Origin: an uncultured delta proteobacterium
GTDB lineage: Bacteria > Desulfobacterota > Desulfobacteria > Desulfobacterales > JAFDCJ01
NCBI GenBank assembly: GCA_963769935.1
Contig: CAVYNY010000032.1
Coordinates: forward strand, 96,001 to 160,000
Direction of reading: 5' to 3'
Length of the DNA stretch: 64,000 nucleotides
Under the pieces are notes generated by a model. The model was not told where the DNA came from and searched no databases. It saw only the letters and a list, made by a program, of their open reading frames with translations. A program made the translations under genes and the position numbers. Positions 9,790 through 19,133 of the stretch are shown here, piece by piece (position 1 is the first letter of the stretch; each line of letters begins with the position of its first letter).

Positions 9790-10836
9790 TCAGTCAATCA
9801 GGGTCAGTTCGCAGGTTCGATTCTGGTTTTTATAATTGTTCCAAACCAGCAACTGCAGGCCTCGCCCGGTATCGCCCTGATCCTTGTATTGGTCGTAGGT
9901 GCCATCCGTAAAATAGCATGTGCTCCAGATATTTCTAACATGCGTCGTTTTTCCGTCTCCGTCCACGCCGTTTGCGTCCCCCGCGTCGGTATTGCTTGCG
10001 CGCCACCGGCCGTTGCCGGCTGCGTAATAAAATGTAAAAAAGACCGATGCGCTTTCGGTATTTTCATCCGACGCCCAGCGGGTCATGGCCAGGCGCACCT
10101 GGCAGCCGTCGTAATCGCCGCAAAGCGCAACCAGGGTATCCTGCGGGATTGTCTTCGTCCGGCCGCCGTACTTCACTCCGGTCAATGAGAGGTGGTAGCG
10201 GGGCGAAATTTCGTAGACCCCCTCGGGCTCATCGTCCCTCTGGTAGCGGGCGAAGTACGTGACTTGGCCCTTGATGCGGGCGTTGCCGGCAACGTCCAGC
10301 GTCGCTTCGGGACTGGCCGTACCGATACCGACATTGCCGCCTTGCATGCTGACCTGGCCGTTCAGTTTTGTATCTCCGACAATTTCTAATTTTGCTGCAG
10401 GATTCGTCGTTCCAATACCGACGTTGCCGCCGTCCATGACCACATTGCCGCCTGCGGTCACCGTCAGCCATTTTTTGGCGCCGGAAGGATCGGTTACGTT
10501 CAGCGGGATATGATCTTTAAGCGGTTGAATGGCAAGGTGCTGATCATCGTCAGGAGCGCGATTAATTCCAACCGAACCGTTAATTTTCGTGCTGCCGGCC
10601 ACATCCAATTCTGCCTCAGGCGTCGTGGTCCCGATGCCGACCCGGCCGTTTTTATCGATAAATAAGGCATCATCGCTGCTCTGCCCGATTTGAACACGGC
10701 CGCCCGGCAGCATGATGGCCAGCAGAAAAATCACCCCACAAGCAAATGCGTTGCGAAATCTCTTTGGATTTTCATTACCGGCAGTTAGTTTGCCGTGCTC
10801 CGCCCTGCCAGATTTGCTTGGCGACAGTTGCTTCAT
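9790..10836 (-). CDS. Tail-fibre-like repeat protein with N-terminal hydrophobic segment and Cys-containing C-terminal domain
   Basis: Repeats GRVGIGTTTPEAELDVAG, GSVGINRAP, GNVGIGTTNPAAKLEIVG, GNVGIGTASPEATLDVAG. Confidence 0.7.
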   Translation of the reverse strand: MKQLSPSKSGRAEHGKLTAGNENPKRFRNAFACGVIFLLAIMLPGGRVQIGQSSDDALFIDKNGRVGIGTTTPEAELDVAGSTKINGSVGINRAPDDDQHLAIQPLKDHIPLNVTDPSGAKKWLTVTAGGNVVMDGGNVGIGTTNPAAKLEIVGDTKLNGQVSMQGGNVGIGTASPEATLDVAGNARIKGQVTYFARYQRDDEPEGVYEISPRYHLSLTGVKYGGRTKTIPQDTLVALCGDYDGCQVRLAMTRWASDENTESASVFFTFYYAAGNGRWRASNTDAGDANGVDGDGKTTHVRNIWSTCYFTDGTYDQYKDQGDTGRGLQLLVWNNYKNQNRTCELTLID

Positions 10837-10925
10837 TTTTTCTCTCCCTTCCTACCCGGATCCGCCTTGAGGCGGAGAAAAGGCTGCCACAAAGGCGGCC
10901 GGACACACAGGGAAACCTTCCATCG

Positions 10926-11711
10926 TCAGGGCAGCCGCATGATAAATGCCAGGGCATAAAAAGACGGCCGGTTTTCATGCGGTTGGCCTTGGCCTGCGGG
11001 GAAAGTAGTAAAACTATGACTGTGATTGCCGGCACTGTCCGTATTGACCGATCCCCGCCACCGCACATCGTTGGGGTCGGCATTGCTGCCGCCCCCGAAT
11101 CCCATGTCGACCGTAGTTTGACCGGGGATGTTTCGCTTGCGCTTGGTCAAACCTTTGGCATCGGTTCCCTCTATCCAGTGCTGGTGAATACCGGCGGCTG
11201 CAGTCTGGCCGGCATGCACATGCGGCGGCAGTTGATCAACCGTCAGTATGATGCTGTCGGCACCGCCGTTATCGCCGATTTTGTAGCTGCGACCGGCAGC
11301 GGCGACAAAGCGGTCCTGCAGATCCGGCGCCCCGTTTTTACCATTGCACAATTGCCAGCCTTCGTAGGGGGTGTCTTTGCGGCCGGTGCCCTCCACATCA
11401 AAGACCTGGTCGATGTCGCCTGCAAACATGACAATTGCGCCCGGCGGCACCATTCCGATTCCAAGAATGGCGCCGTTTACATCCAATTTCGCCCGCGGGG
11501 CCTGCCGGCCGATGCCGACATTGCCGTTTTGATCGATGAAAAGGGCATCGCCACTTTCAGCGTAGACAAGATAGTTGCCCGTCAGGACGAAAAAGGCGGT
11601 CAGAAATATCAAAACTGCGGCCAAGGATTTGAACACTATTCCGCCGGCCGCGGATATAGCGGATTGACATCGCCGGTTCGACTCACTTTGGAAACGTTCT
11701 GCAGCTTTCAT
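10926..11711 (-). CDS. Phage tail-collar/short tail-fibre domain protein with N-terminal signal-like segment
   Basis: VPPGAIVMFAG, GWQLCNGKNGAPDLQDRFVAAAG, LTVDQLPPHVH, HxH metal motifs, HENRPSFYALAFIMRL. Confidence 0.8.
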   Translation of the reverse strand: MKAAERFQSESNRRCQSAISAAGGIVFKSLAAVLIFLTAFFVLTGNYLVYAESGDALFIDQNGNVGIGRQAPRAKLDVNGAILGIGMVPPGAIVMFAGDIDQVFDVEGTGRKDTPYEGWQLCNGKNGAPDLQDRFVAAAGRSYKIGDNGGADSIILTVDQLPPHVHAGQTAAAGIHQHWIEGTDAKGLTKRKRNIPGQTTVDMGFGGGSNADPNDVRWRGSVNTDSAGNHSHSFTTFPAGQGQPHENRPSFYALAFIMRLP

Positions 11712-12136
11712 ATTTATCTCCGGGCTTAAGTTTTAAATAGCAGCAGGCATTGCATCCTGTGAACCAATTCAATTTTTGAGTAGATAAAATTTGGGATGAC
11801 GGCAGGGGGCAGCCGGATTATAAATAAAAATCCCGATGAGTGAGGTGTGCCGATGCGGTTTAGGAGAAGCATCGATTGATGGAACCCGCCTTATTGAAAG
11901 CTGAATAAGCAAGAGCGGTGAATTGTATTTGGGATTCGGCTGCAGCCCGGTTTATGGAAAGTCACAATGACCGTATATTCTCTGTATCCGCTTATCGAAG
12001 TTGGATTTATTTGTCAAGTTAGATATTGTACGAGAAGTAATGATTACCGGATTCGGTTATTCCAACTTAATCCTTTTCGATAACTGGTAATCATGATAAT
12101 AGAAAAAGGCAACTAACGCCTGAAAAAAATGCTACC

Positions 12137-12164
12137 TTGACAATCTCTGCCGTAGAATTATTGT
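12137..12164 (+). promoter_or_regulatory. Possible sigma70 promoter for the rightward arm of the accessory locus
   Basis: TTGACA-16 bp-TATTGT in the AT-rich divergent intergenic region 11712-12621. Confidence 0.3.
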
Positions 12165-12621
12165 AACCTGTTAGATTACTTATTAAATGATTTAGGAGAC
12201 GCGAGATTTTTTATGCAACGAAATCTTCGGCGCCCGGCCGATTCAAAAAAAGACATCGCCAACGACTTGTCTTTATAAACAATCTCACATCAGCAATTCT
12301 TCCGCTATTGCCTATGCTGACTCCGGCGGGCGTTGAACCAACAGCTCTCCTTGCCGTCTTTGGCGGACAGGCCGCCTTCGTCTTTCATTGCTCTTTTCAA
12401 CAGGCCTTGATCAGATCCTGCGCTCAAGGAGGAGCCAGCTTGCCAGTTAAAACCTAAAGGAAATAAGAGTATTTTTGAAGACACCGGCCGGCAAAGCAGA
12501 GCCGAAAGATGTTTGAGATCAAATTATGAAAGCCCAGCGGTTCGAGGGAAACGCGAGCGGTGGCTGTTGGAATGAACTTATCAAAGTGTAAAAAAATAAA
12601 CCCTTAAAGGAGGAAACCAAA

Positions 12622-13164
12622 ATGGCTGCAGCTGAAGGTGAAAAGACAAAAGAAACCTCAGACAAAGGGAATCAACCGCCAACAGACCTTCCTCAGACGG
12701 CCACGCCATCGGATGTGCTCTCGGGGGCGGAACAATTGCTGGACGGAGAAAACCACTACGGAATTGCTATCTTGGTGGCAAGCGACGGCGTTCCATCGAC
12801 CTTGATGATCCCCGATGTCGGCGGGGTCAAAGATGGGAAACCTGTCTTCATTACCAAACCGATAAGAATTAACGGCGATAATTTAAAGGCTTTCCTCCAG
12901 AATAAAGGGGTAACTCTACCCGATCCGCTGCCCGATCTAATCGGGAACACACAAATTTCTTGCGAAGCGTTCTATTGGACGAATGCCGGCCCTATGTTGA
13001 TGATGTTCGCGATTAACTTTAAAGAAGGTCTGATAAAAACACTGACGGGTGATCCGGACCTAGAAAAATTGTTTACTATTCAAGGCGCAGCCGTGCGGGT
13101 GATTCGCTGTCCAAAGGGTTCATTTGATGTTCTCAAACAATACGCTGCCGGTCTTTCAACATAA
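12622..13164 (+). CDS. Hypothetical protein (180 aa), first gene of the DUF6603-like operon
   Basis: Strong AAGGAGGA RBS; no recognisable motif. Confidence 0.75.
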   Translation: MAAAEGEKTKETSDKGNQPPTDLPQTATPSDVLSGAEQLLDGENHYGIAILVASDGVPSTLMIPDVGGVKDGKPVFITKPIRINGDNLKAFLQNKGVTLPDPLPDLIGNTQISCEAFYWTNAGPMLMMFAINFKEGLIKTLTGDPDLEKLFTIQGAAVRVIRCPKGSFDVLKQYAAGLST

Positions 13165-13208
13165 GCATAAAAAGCTGATGGAAGTTGCGACATCGATGTC
13201 GAACAAAG

Positions 13209-13268
13209 GGTGGGGTGGGCATCGGCCACCGATATCAGCGATATTTGGTGGGCAATGCCCACCCTACG
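13209..13268. repeat. GTAG-type REP doublet (REPIN-like)
   Basis: ggggtgggcatcggccacc ... ggtgggcaatgcccaccctac; the right arm is identical to that at 41068-41089. Confidence 0.7.
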
Positions 13269-13337
13269 ATATAGAATTTTAGCAACGTTTGGGTTTACAT
13301 GTCCGCCCGCGTCTCATCGCAGAAGGATAATATTTGC

Positions 13338-16253
13338 ATGTCGAAATCAGAAATTCAGCAACAGACCGATCTTATTCTAAAGGTTTCGATCGCTCGAATT
13401 CCGATCTCGATTCAAGGAACATTCTCCGATGGTAAAATAGAGGAATTTTCCGCGGCCGTCACCATCCGCAAGTCATTAAAGGCTTTCCTCAACGATCTGG
13501 GGGTCGACTTCGGCGAAGCCATCAAGGTCCTGGAGCAGTTGGCCGGCGGCAAGGGTTCAAACATTGCACTTGAAGAACTGGCCTTTGCCTATCACACCAA
13601 TGCACCGAAGTATATGCAAATCATGGTGACGATGACTGCCGGTGCCGGCCGCTGCCGATTTGTAATTTTAAAGGAGATCGGCAACGGCGGCTATATGGCG
13701 GGCCTGGATTTGCAGTCGGACGGCGGGGCCTTGAAGAACAATTTTCTGGCCGGGCTGATCGGCGACATTAAAATCAGCGATCTGGGCCTTTTTTACGCCA
13801 GCCAAGCCATTCCGAACGTCAAATTTCCAAGCTCGGATCCCGGCGGGAAAAGGGTGCCTGACTTTATCCAGGGCCTGAATTTTTCCGCCGGAATTCTTGT
13901 GGGGGGCGTCAATCTGCTCGATATGCCGGGAACCCAGGCCGGGCCGCAAACCGCCCCGGCGGAGCCGCAGAGACCGCCGGCACCCCAAGCCGCTCCGGGC
14001 GCCCTGGAAACCCCGCTGGCCGGAGAATCGACCAAGTGGATCGAGACGAACAAAACGATCGGCCCATTGTCCATTCGACGGGTCGGATTGGGTTACGAAG
14101 CGCCGCGAATTGCGATCAAGTTGGATGCCGGGCTGCGGTTGAGTTGTTTGACGTTTAAGTTCGAAGGCCTGGGAATGAGCTACCCGCTGGATCAGTTTAC
14201 CGCCGACCCCAAAAAGATCTGGCAGCATCTGAAGTTCCTGCTGGACGGCGCGGCCGTGATCTTTGAGCAGGGCCCGCTGACCATTGCCGGGGGGCTGCTG
14301 AAGGTCAACGATTCTCCCCTCCAGCTGGACGGCACGCTGCTGATTCGAACCCAAATCTTTACCATTGCGGCCATTGGCTCCTACGCCGACCTGGATGGCA
14401 CCCCCTCCTTTTTTGTGTTTGCGGCCCTGCAAAGGGAGCTGGGCGGCCCCCCCTATTTCTTTGTCCTGGGATTCTCGTTCGGCTTCGGCCTGAATCGCGC
14501 CCTGAAGCTTCCGACCATCAACGAAGTCCAGAATTTTCCCCTGGTTCAGGCGGCGACGAATCCCAACTATCTTGGGCAAAACTTGGATCTGCGGATGATC
14601 AGCCGCAAATTGGGCGTCTACATCTATCCTTCGGCCGGCAATTTCTGGATCGCCGCGGGTATCAAGTTTACCTCCTTCGGCCTGATTGACTCCTTTGCGC
14701 TGCTTTCGGTTTCGTTTGGCACCCAGTTTGAAATCGGACTGCTCGGCCTGGCGAAGATGCGCATCCCCAGAGAACTGCCCGGGACCTCGGCCGTGCCGGT
14801 CATCGTATTCGCCGAAATGGCTTTCAAGATTGCCTTTTCGACGGAGAGTGGACTGTTGTCCTTTGAAGCCCGATTGACTGAAAACTCTTATGTCCTGCGC
14901 AAGGATTTTATGCTGAGAGGCGGGTTTGTATTCTATTCCTGGTTTGCCGGGCCGCATGAAGGCGATTTTGTCGTTTCGCTCGGCGGATACCACCCCAGGT
15001 TTCAGCCCCCGGCGCACTACCCTAAACCCGATCTGGTGGAATTTATCTGCAAGACCGGTGCCGTCACGATTAGCGGCTATTGTTATTTCGCTTTGTGCCC
15101 CTCGGCCATCATGGCCGGCGGCTCTCTCAGCATCGTCTATCAATCCGGCGGCATCAAGGCCTGGTTTATCGCCTATGCCGACTTTTTAATTCAATGGAAG
15201 CCCCTTTACTACGATATTGCGATCGGAATCTCAATCGGTGTAGCGCTCAACCTGAAAATCGGCATTATTCGGATACATTTGTCGTTGGAGTTGAGCGCTG
15301 CGGTCAGTCTGCACGGTCCGCCCCTGGGCGGAAAGGCTCGCATATCGTTATGGATTATTACCTTTACGGTTAAATTCGGCGAGGCCAAACGCCTGCCGCC
15401 TCCCTTGCGGTGGGAATCCGATGACTCCGAAAAATCCTTCGCCAAATCGTTTTTGCCGAATCCGGATGTCACCCGCATCTCGCTGGCCGACGGCCTGCTG
15501 CAGGAGGTCAAAGGGAAGGATAGAACCCACCGGCTGGTGAACCCGCACAAACTTGTTTTGAACTGCCGCACCCTGGTACCGGCCACTGCCGTGCTCTACA
15601 ATGGCAAACCGCCGATGGGCGCCGACCAAAAACCGCTGAAAGTTCTCCAACCCAGCGTCAACGGCAAACCAACAGAACTGGGTATCCGCCCCATGGGAAA
15701 GTCCACGCTCTATTCCCGCATCGATATTATGTTCGAGCCCGGCGGCGGAGCCTCTGAAGCCGCCGAACAGTATCTGGCGCAGTATATTGATGTTTGCCTG
15801 ACGACCAGGAGCATACCGCTCGCACTCTGGGGCGGGGATAAAATGAGCATCGTCAGTCCGCCCAAGGCGGATGAGCAGATGATCGACCACGCCCTGGTGG
15901 GCTTGGAAATCCGGACCAGACCCGGGCCGCGGCCCTGGGAGACGCCGGTCCTGGACCTTGAAGTCTTGGCTTATGATCGATATCAGAAAAATTTCAATTG
16001 GTCGGACCTCGCACCAGCTGAGGCCCTGCCGGGCTTTGGGGATGCGACGATTTCCAATACCATCAACAAGGGGGAAGTCGTCCGGAAAAGAAGTCAAATC
16101 CTGACCACGTTGATCGAAAGCGGCCGCCGGACCCTGAAGCCGGAAGAGATTCAGCTCGATCAATTGGCGCAAAACGCCGAGTTTATCTTCCAGGCCTTGC
16201 CGGCGATGGCCCGGGCGGGACAGTATCCTCCCCGGGGCTATCGGGAGACATGA
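13338..16253 (+). CDS. Large beta-rich uncharacterised protein, DUF6603-like
   Basis: Motifs recalled from DUF6603 proteins: GPLSIRRVG, LGGPPYFFVLG...GFGLNR.LKLPT, WIAAGIKFTSF, GDFVVSLGGYHPRF..P.HYP, YFALCPSAIMAGG. Start ATG 13338 or 13299. Confidence 0.72.
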   Translation: MSKSEIQQQTDLILKVSIARIPISIQGTFSDGKIEEFSAAVTIRKSLKAFLNDLGVDFGEAIKVLEQLAGGKGSNIALEELAFAYHTNAPKYMQIMVTMTAGAGRCRFVILKEIGNGGYMAGLDLQSDGGALKNNFLAGLIGDIKISDLGLFYASQAIPNVKFPSSDPGGKRVPDFIQGLNFSAGILVGGVNLLDMPGTQAGPQTAPAEPQRPPAPQAAPGALETPLAGESTKWIETNKTIGPLSIRRVGLGYEAPRIAIKLDAGLRLSCLTFKFEGLGMSYPLDQFTADPKKIWQHLKFLLDGAAVIFEQGPLTIAGGLLKVNDSPLQLDGTLLIRTQIFTIAAIGSYADLDGTPSFFVFAALQRELGGPPYFFVLGFSFGFGLNRALKLPTINEVQNFPLVQAATNPNYLGQNLDLRMISRKLGVYIYPSAGNFWIAAGIKFTSFGLIDSFALLSVSFGTQFEIGLLGLAKMRIPRELPGTSAVPVIVFAEMAFKIAFSTESGLLSFEARLTENSYVLRKDFMLRGGFVFYSWFAGPHEGDFVVSLGGYHPRFQPPAHYPKPDLVEFICKTGAVTISGYCYFALCPSAIMAGGSLSIVYQSGGIKAWFIAYADFLIQWKPLYYDIAIGISIGVALNLKIGIIRIHLSLELSAAVSLHGPPLGGKARISLWIITFTVKFGEAKRLPPPLRWESDDSEKSFAKSFLPNPDVTRISLADGLLQEVKGKDRTHRLVNPHKLVLNCRTLVPATAVLYNGKPPMGADQKPLKVLQPSVNGKPTELGIRPMGKSTLYSRIDIMFEPGGGASEAAEQYLAQYIDVCLTTRSIPLALWGGDKMSIVSPPKADEQMIDHALVGLEIRTRPGPRPWETPVLDLEVLAYDRYQKNFNWSDLAPAEALPGFGDATISNTINKGEVVRKRSQILTTLIESGRRTLKPEEIQLDQLAQNAEFIFQALPAMARAGQYPPRGYRET

Positions 16254-16257
16254 TGGC

Positions 16258-17766
16258 ATGACTGAAAAAATTGAATACCAGCCGCCCGTCACTGTAACAG
16301 CCGGACAGATTCAGTTCATCGAAGCCTGCCATCCGCCGCTGGCGGCAGGCGAATACAAGGCCGGCATGAGTCAGGTCATCAAAGCGTCCGAGGATGCGGC
16401 CGTGCCCTGGAATTCCGATCCCTATCGTTCAGACCTGGTTTTCGCGGTGGATGCGCCCCGCTTCACCTTCAATCCTGCCGACATCCATTCGGTCTATCCC
16501 CCGGTCAATGCCGGCGGCAGTTTTAACAATGCCTTGCCGCACGTCGTCTTTGCCCGGCGCACCCTGCCGTGGGAGCGCACCTTGGACGGCCGGCCCCCGG
16601 AATTCGGTCAGGCGTTTCCGCCTTGGCTGGGAATTCTCCTGCTGACCGAGGACGAGTTAACCGATCCAACGACCGGACGGCTGCGGGAAGTCGTCTCACT
16701 GCCGATCTTAAGCGAGGATAAAGACAGCCTGCTGATTCCGCGCGGAAAAGAAAAGGTCTTGGTGCCCGACCTGGGACAAGACGGTTCCGGCGACACAGAG
16801 GACCAAAAATTTCGCGCGCAAAAGTGGGCCGGGGAAAAATGGCAATACGAAAAGAAAACAGACGACCAGAACGAAAAACAGCTGTGTCTGGCAATTGATT
16901 TGCCGGCCGATCTTTTCAAGGCGGTTGCTCCCCGACTTGATGACTTGCCCTATCTGGCCCATGTCCGCCAGATCGATACCGGCAACAAGGAGGTCCTCGG
17001 TGTCAATGACAGCGGCTGGTTTTCCCTGGTCATCGGCAACCGTTTGCCCCAGACCGATAACCGTCATCACGCCTTTCTCGTTTCCCTGGAAGGGTGGCAG
17101 GATCGTTTGAAAGACGACTGGCAGCCTGGAGACGGCCGGCAAGTGCGATTGGCGGTCCTCGGAACCTGGACCTTTAACTGTGCCGGTTCAAACGATTTCA
17201 AGGCCCACATGGATCTATTGAATTTCGACCGGAAAAATCCGCCGCCGCCCGAAGCTCGCAAAAACCTCCCCGACTCCTGGCTGCATCTGCCTTATGACCC
17301 CTATGATAATGAATCGCGGGAGCCGAAGAATATCGTCAACACGGCATATGCACGGGGCTATACCGCCTGCAACCACATCATGCGCCAGGGAGAAAAAACG
17401 GTTTCCTGGTATCGGGGACCGCTGGTTCCGTTGAACTATGACAAACCGGCCCAGGTTCAGGAACTGATTTGCTGCGCCGATGAACTGCTGCGCTACGACC
17501 CGGACATCGGCCTCTTCGACGTTACCTACGCCGCTGCGTGGCAGCTCGGACGGCTCCTGGCGCTTCAAAACCAAAGCTTCGCCCTGGCTTTGAATCGCAC
17601 CCGCCAAGCATTGCGGGTCAGGGCCGAATGGCTGGTGCACCGTGCGGAGCTTAAAGAACGGTACAAGGAGCTCGATCTGCAGGAGGAAAAATTTATCGAA
17701 GACAGCTTGATGGAGAAAATCGCCGGAGCGGCCGGCGAAGAACTGAAAGGTGTCGTTCCCGAGTGA
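16258..17766 (+). CDS. Conserved uncharacterised protein, DUF6603-operon partner A
   Basis: PPLAAGEY, DIHSVYPP, LPHVVF..RTLPWER, LPYLAHVR, GEKTVSWYRGPLVP, FDVTYAAAWQLGRLLAL; starts 4 bp after the upstream stop. Confidence 0.75.
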   Translation: MTEKIEYQPPVTVTAGQIQFIEACHPPLAAGEYKAGMSQVIKASEDAAVPWNSDPYRSDLVFAVDAPRFTFNPADIHSVYPPVNAGGSFNNALPHVVFARRTLPWERTLDGRPPEFGQAFPPWLGILLLTEDELTDPTTGRLREVVSLPILSEDKDSLLIPRGKEKVLVPDLGQDGSGDTEDQKFRAQKWAGEKWQYEKKTDDQNEKQLCLAIDLPADLFKAVAPRLDDLPYLAHVRQIDTGNKEVLGVNDSGWFSLVIGNRLPQTDNRHHAFLVSLEGWQDRLKDDWQPGDGRQVRLAVLGTWTFNCAGSNDFKAHMDLLNFDRKNPPPPEARKNLPDSWLHLPYDPYDNESREPKNIVNTAYARGYTACNHIMRQGEKTVSWYRGPLVPLNYDKPAQVQELICCADELLRYDPDIGLFDVTYAAAWQLGRLLALQNQSFALALNRTRQALRVRAEWLVHRAELKERYKELDLQEEKFIEDSLMEKIAGAAGEELKGVVPE

Positions 17767-17771
17767 TAAGG

Positions 17772-17953
17772 GATTGAAAATTGAATATTTGCGGATGTCG
17801 CTTCGCTCGTATGAAACTTCCTTAAATTTGATGCCATTTTTACGAAGAGTCCCACCGCTGAGAGCGCAGAGATTAATTTAACTTTTTTTGCTCGGCGTTC
17901 TTCCACCGGGGCGTAGGCCCTATGGGCCGGAGGCTGCGGGCTCTGCGGTGAAC
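17772..17953. repeat. Intergenic repeat elements (ATTGAA-type arm plus CACCGC.GAG/CTCTGCGGTG inverted pair)
   Basis: attgaaaattgaatatttgcggatgtcgcttcgctc resembles 25346-25400 and 57959-58005; caccgctgagagcgcagag ... ctctgcggtg. Confidence 0.55.
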
Positions 17954-18050
17954 TATTATGTTTCTTTTTCGATCAGACCGGCCGTTGTTTTGACCGGCGG
18001 CTGGGCTGAGACCTGACACCTGACACCTTTTTATGGAAAGCTGATACAAT

Positions 18051-19133
18051 ATGCCACCTGATATCTCGCAAAATATAGCCGTTGCCGCCCGGGATATCCC
18101 CGCGGAAGTAACGAACTGGCTCGGGCGCCTGGTGCTTTTATATGGGGTTCCGTTTCATTATTTGATTCCCGCCGGGGAAATGCTGCCGCGGGAGTCGATT
18201 CGCTTTTTTTTCCTCGATCCCATCTGGATTCAATATCTGGTTCAGGGGGCGTGCAGTGTCGGCAACACCGCCTACGGCGATACCATCGTCGATCGGGCCA
18301 TGAACACCCTGGTGCAGCCGAAGCCGGCTGAAAACCAGCAGCCCGGCCCGGCCAATATGGCGGCGGCCGGTGTGCGGGATCGGCTGCGGCAAAAATATGA
18401 GGGCGTCGCTCTTCCCGAGCAGGGGGAGGACCTGGCCTGGCCGTTGACCGGGTTTCTGCTGCGATCCGCGGTGGTCGATGGCTGGCGCGGTTTGGAAGTG
18501 ATGGCTTATCGGAACTTAACCGAGCCGGAGCAACAAAAACTGACGGATAAATTGAGCGGTAAAGCAAAAGACATTTTCGAAGAAGCCATGAAGAACGAGG
18601 GACCGAAAGATAACCTGCGCGCCGGGCTTAGAAAACTGCTGCACAGCCAAGCGCCTGCAGAAACAGAGCAGCTCTTGAAATTGGCCGGCGTGCCGACGCA
18701 GGAAGCCTTTTTAAAGCTTATGGTCGAATTGGTCACACCACTCAAACCGCTCAGAATCGAGCAGCTTTCGCAGGACGTGATGCTGGGCATCTTCAACGGC
18801 CTGATCGGACAGCTGGTCATCCGACAGCCCCAGGAAGGCCTGCATTTTGGACTCACCCCGGAAAATCAGTCCTACACCAAAAAATTGCGGGATTTGAAAA
18901 CCGGCCGGATCCGCCAGGACCATACCATCATTTTGTCCCAAAATAATCTGATGCGCGACCAGGAAAATAAAGGCGTCATCAATATTGCCGCCCTCGCGGC
19001 CAAGTTAAAAGAAGGCCTGGCAAACATCGATCAATTAAAAGAGGGTAAATTCACCTCGGCCGAATTCGCCGTGCAGATGATCGAGGCGCCCGGTGAATTC
19101 ACTTTTCAACCCCATTATTCTGAGAAATCATGA
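18051..19133 (+). CDS. Conserved uncharacterised protein, DUF6603-operon partner B
   Basis: WLGRLVLLYGVPFHYLIP..EMLPRESIRFFFLDP.W, GFLLRSAVVDGWRGLEV, QPQEGLHFG, FTSAEFAVQMI; its stop overlaps the next start. Confidence 0.75.
   Translation: MPPDISQNIAVAARDIPAEVTNWLGRLVLLYGVPFHYLIPAGEMLPRESIRFFFLDPIWIQYLVQGACSVGNTAYGDTIVDRAMNTLVQPKPAENQQPGPANMAAAGVRDRLRQKYEGVALPEQGEDLAWPLTGFLLRSAVVDGWRGLEVMAYRNLTEPEQQKLTDKLSGKAKDIFEEAMKNEGPKDNLRAGLRKLLHSQAPAETEQLLKLAGVPTQEAFLKLMVELVTPLKPLRIEQLSQDVMLGIFNGLIGQLVIRQPQEGLHFGLTPENQSYTKKLRDLKTGRIRQDHTIILSQNNLMRDQENKGVINIAALAAKLKEGLANIDQLKEGKFTSAEFAVQMIEAPGEFTFQPHYSEKS

Noticed and set aside
9790..11711. Prophage or eCIS/T6SS call based on tail-fibre domains
   Set aside because: No integrase, terminase, capsid, sheath, tube, baseplate, VgrG or PAAR gene recognised anywhere in the window
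12300..12570. Possible c-di-GMP riboswitch (GGCAAA...GAAA) in the long leader
   Set aside because: Could not build the two-stem GEMM structure by eye; needs an Rfam scan
13668..16292. 491 aa and 314 aa minus-strand ORFs
   Set aside because: Antisense to the DUF6603-like gene; no RBS or motifs
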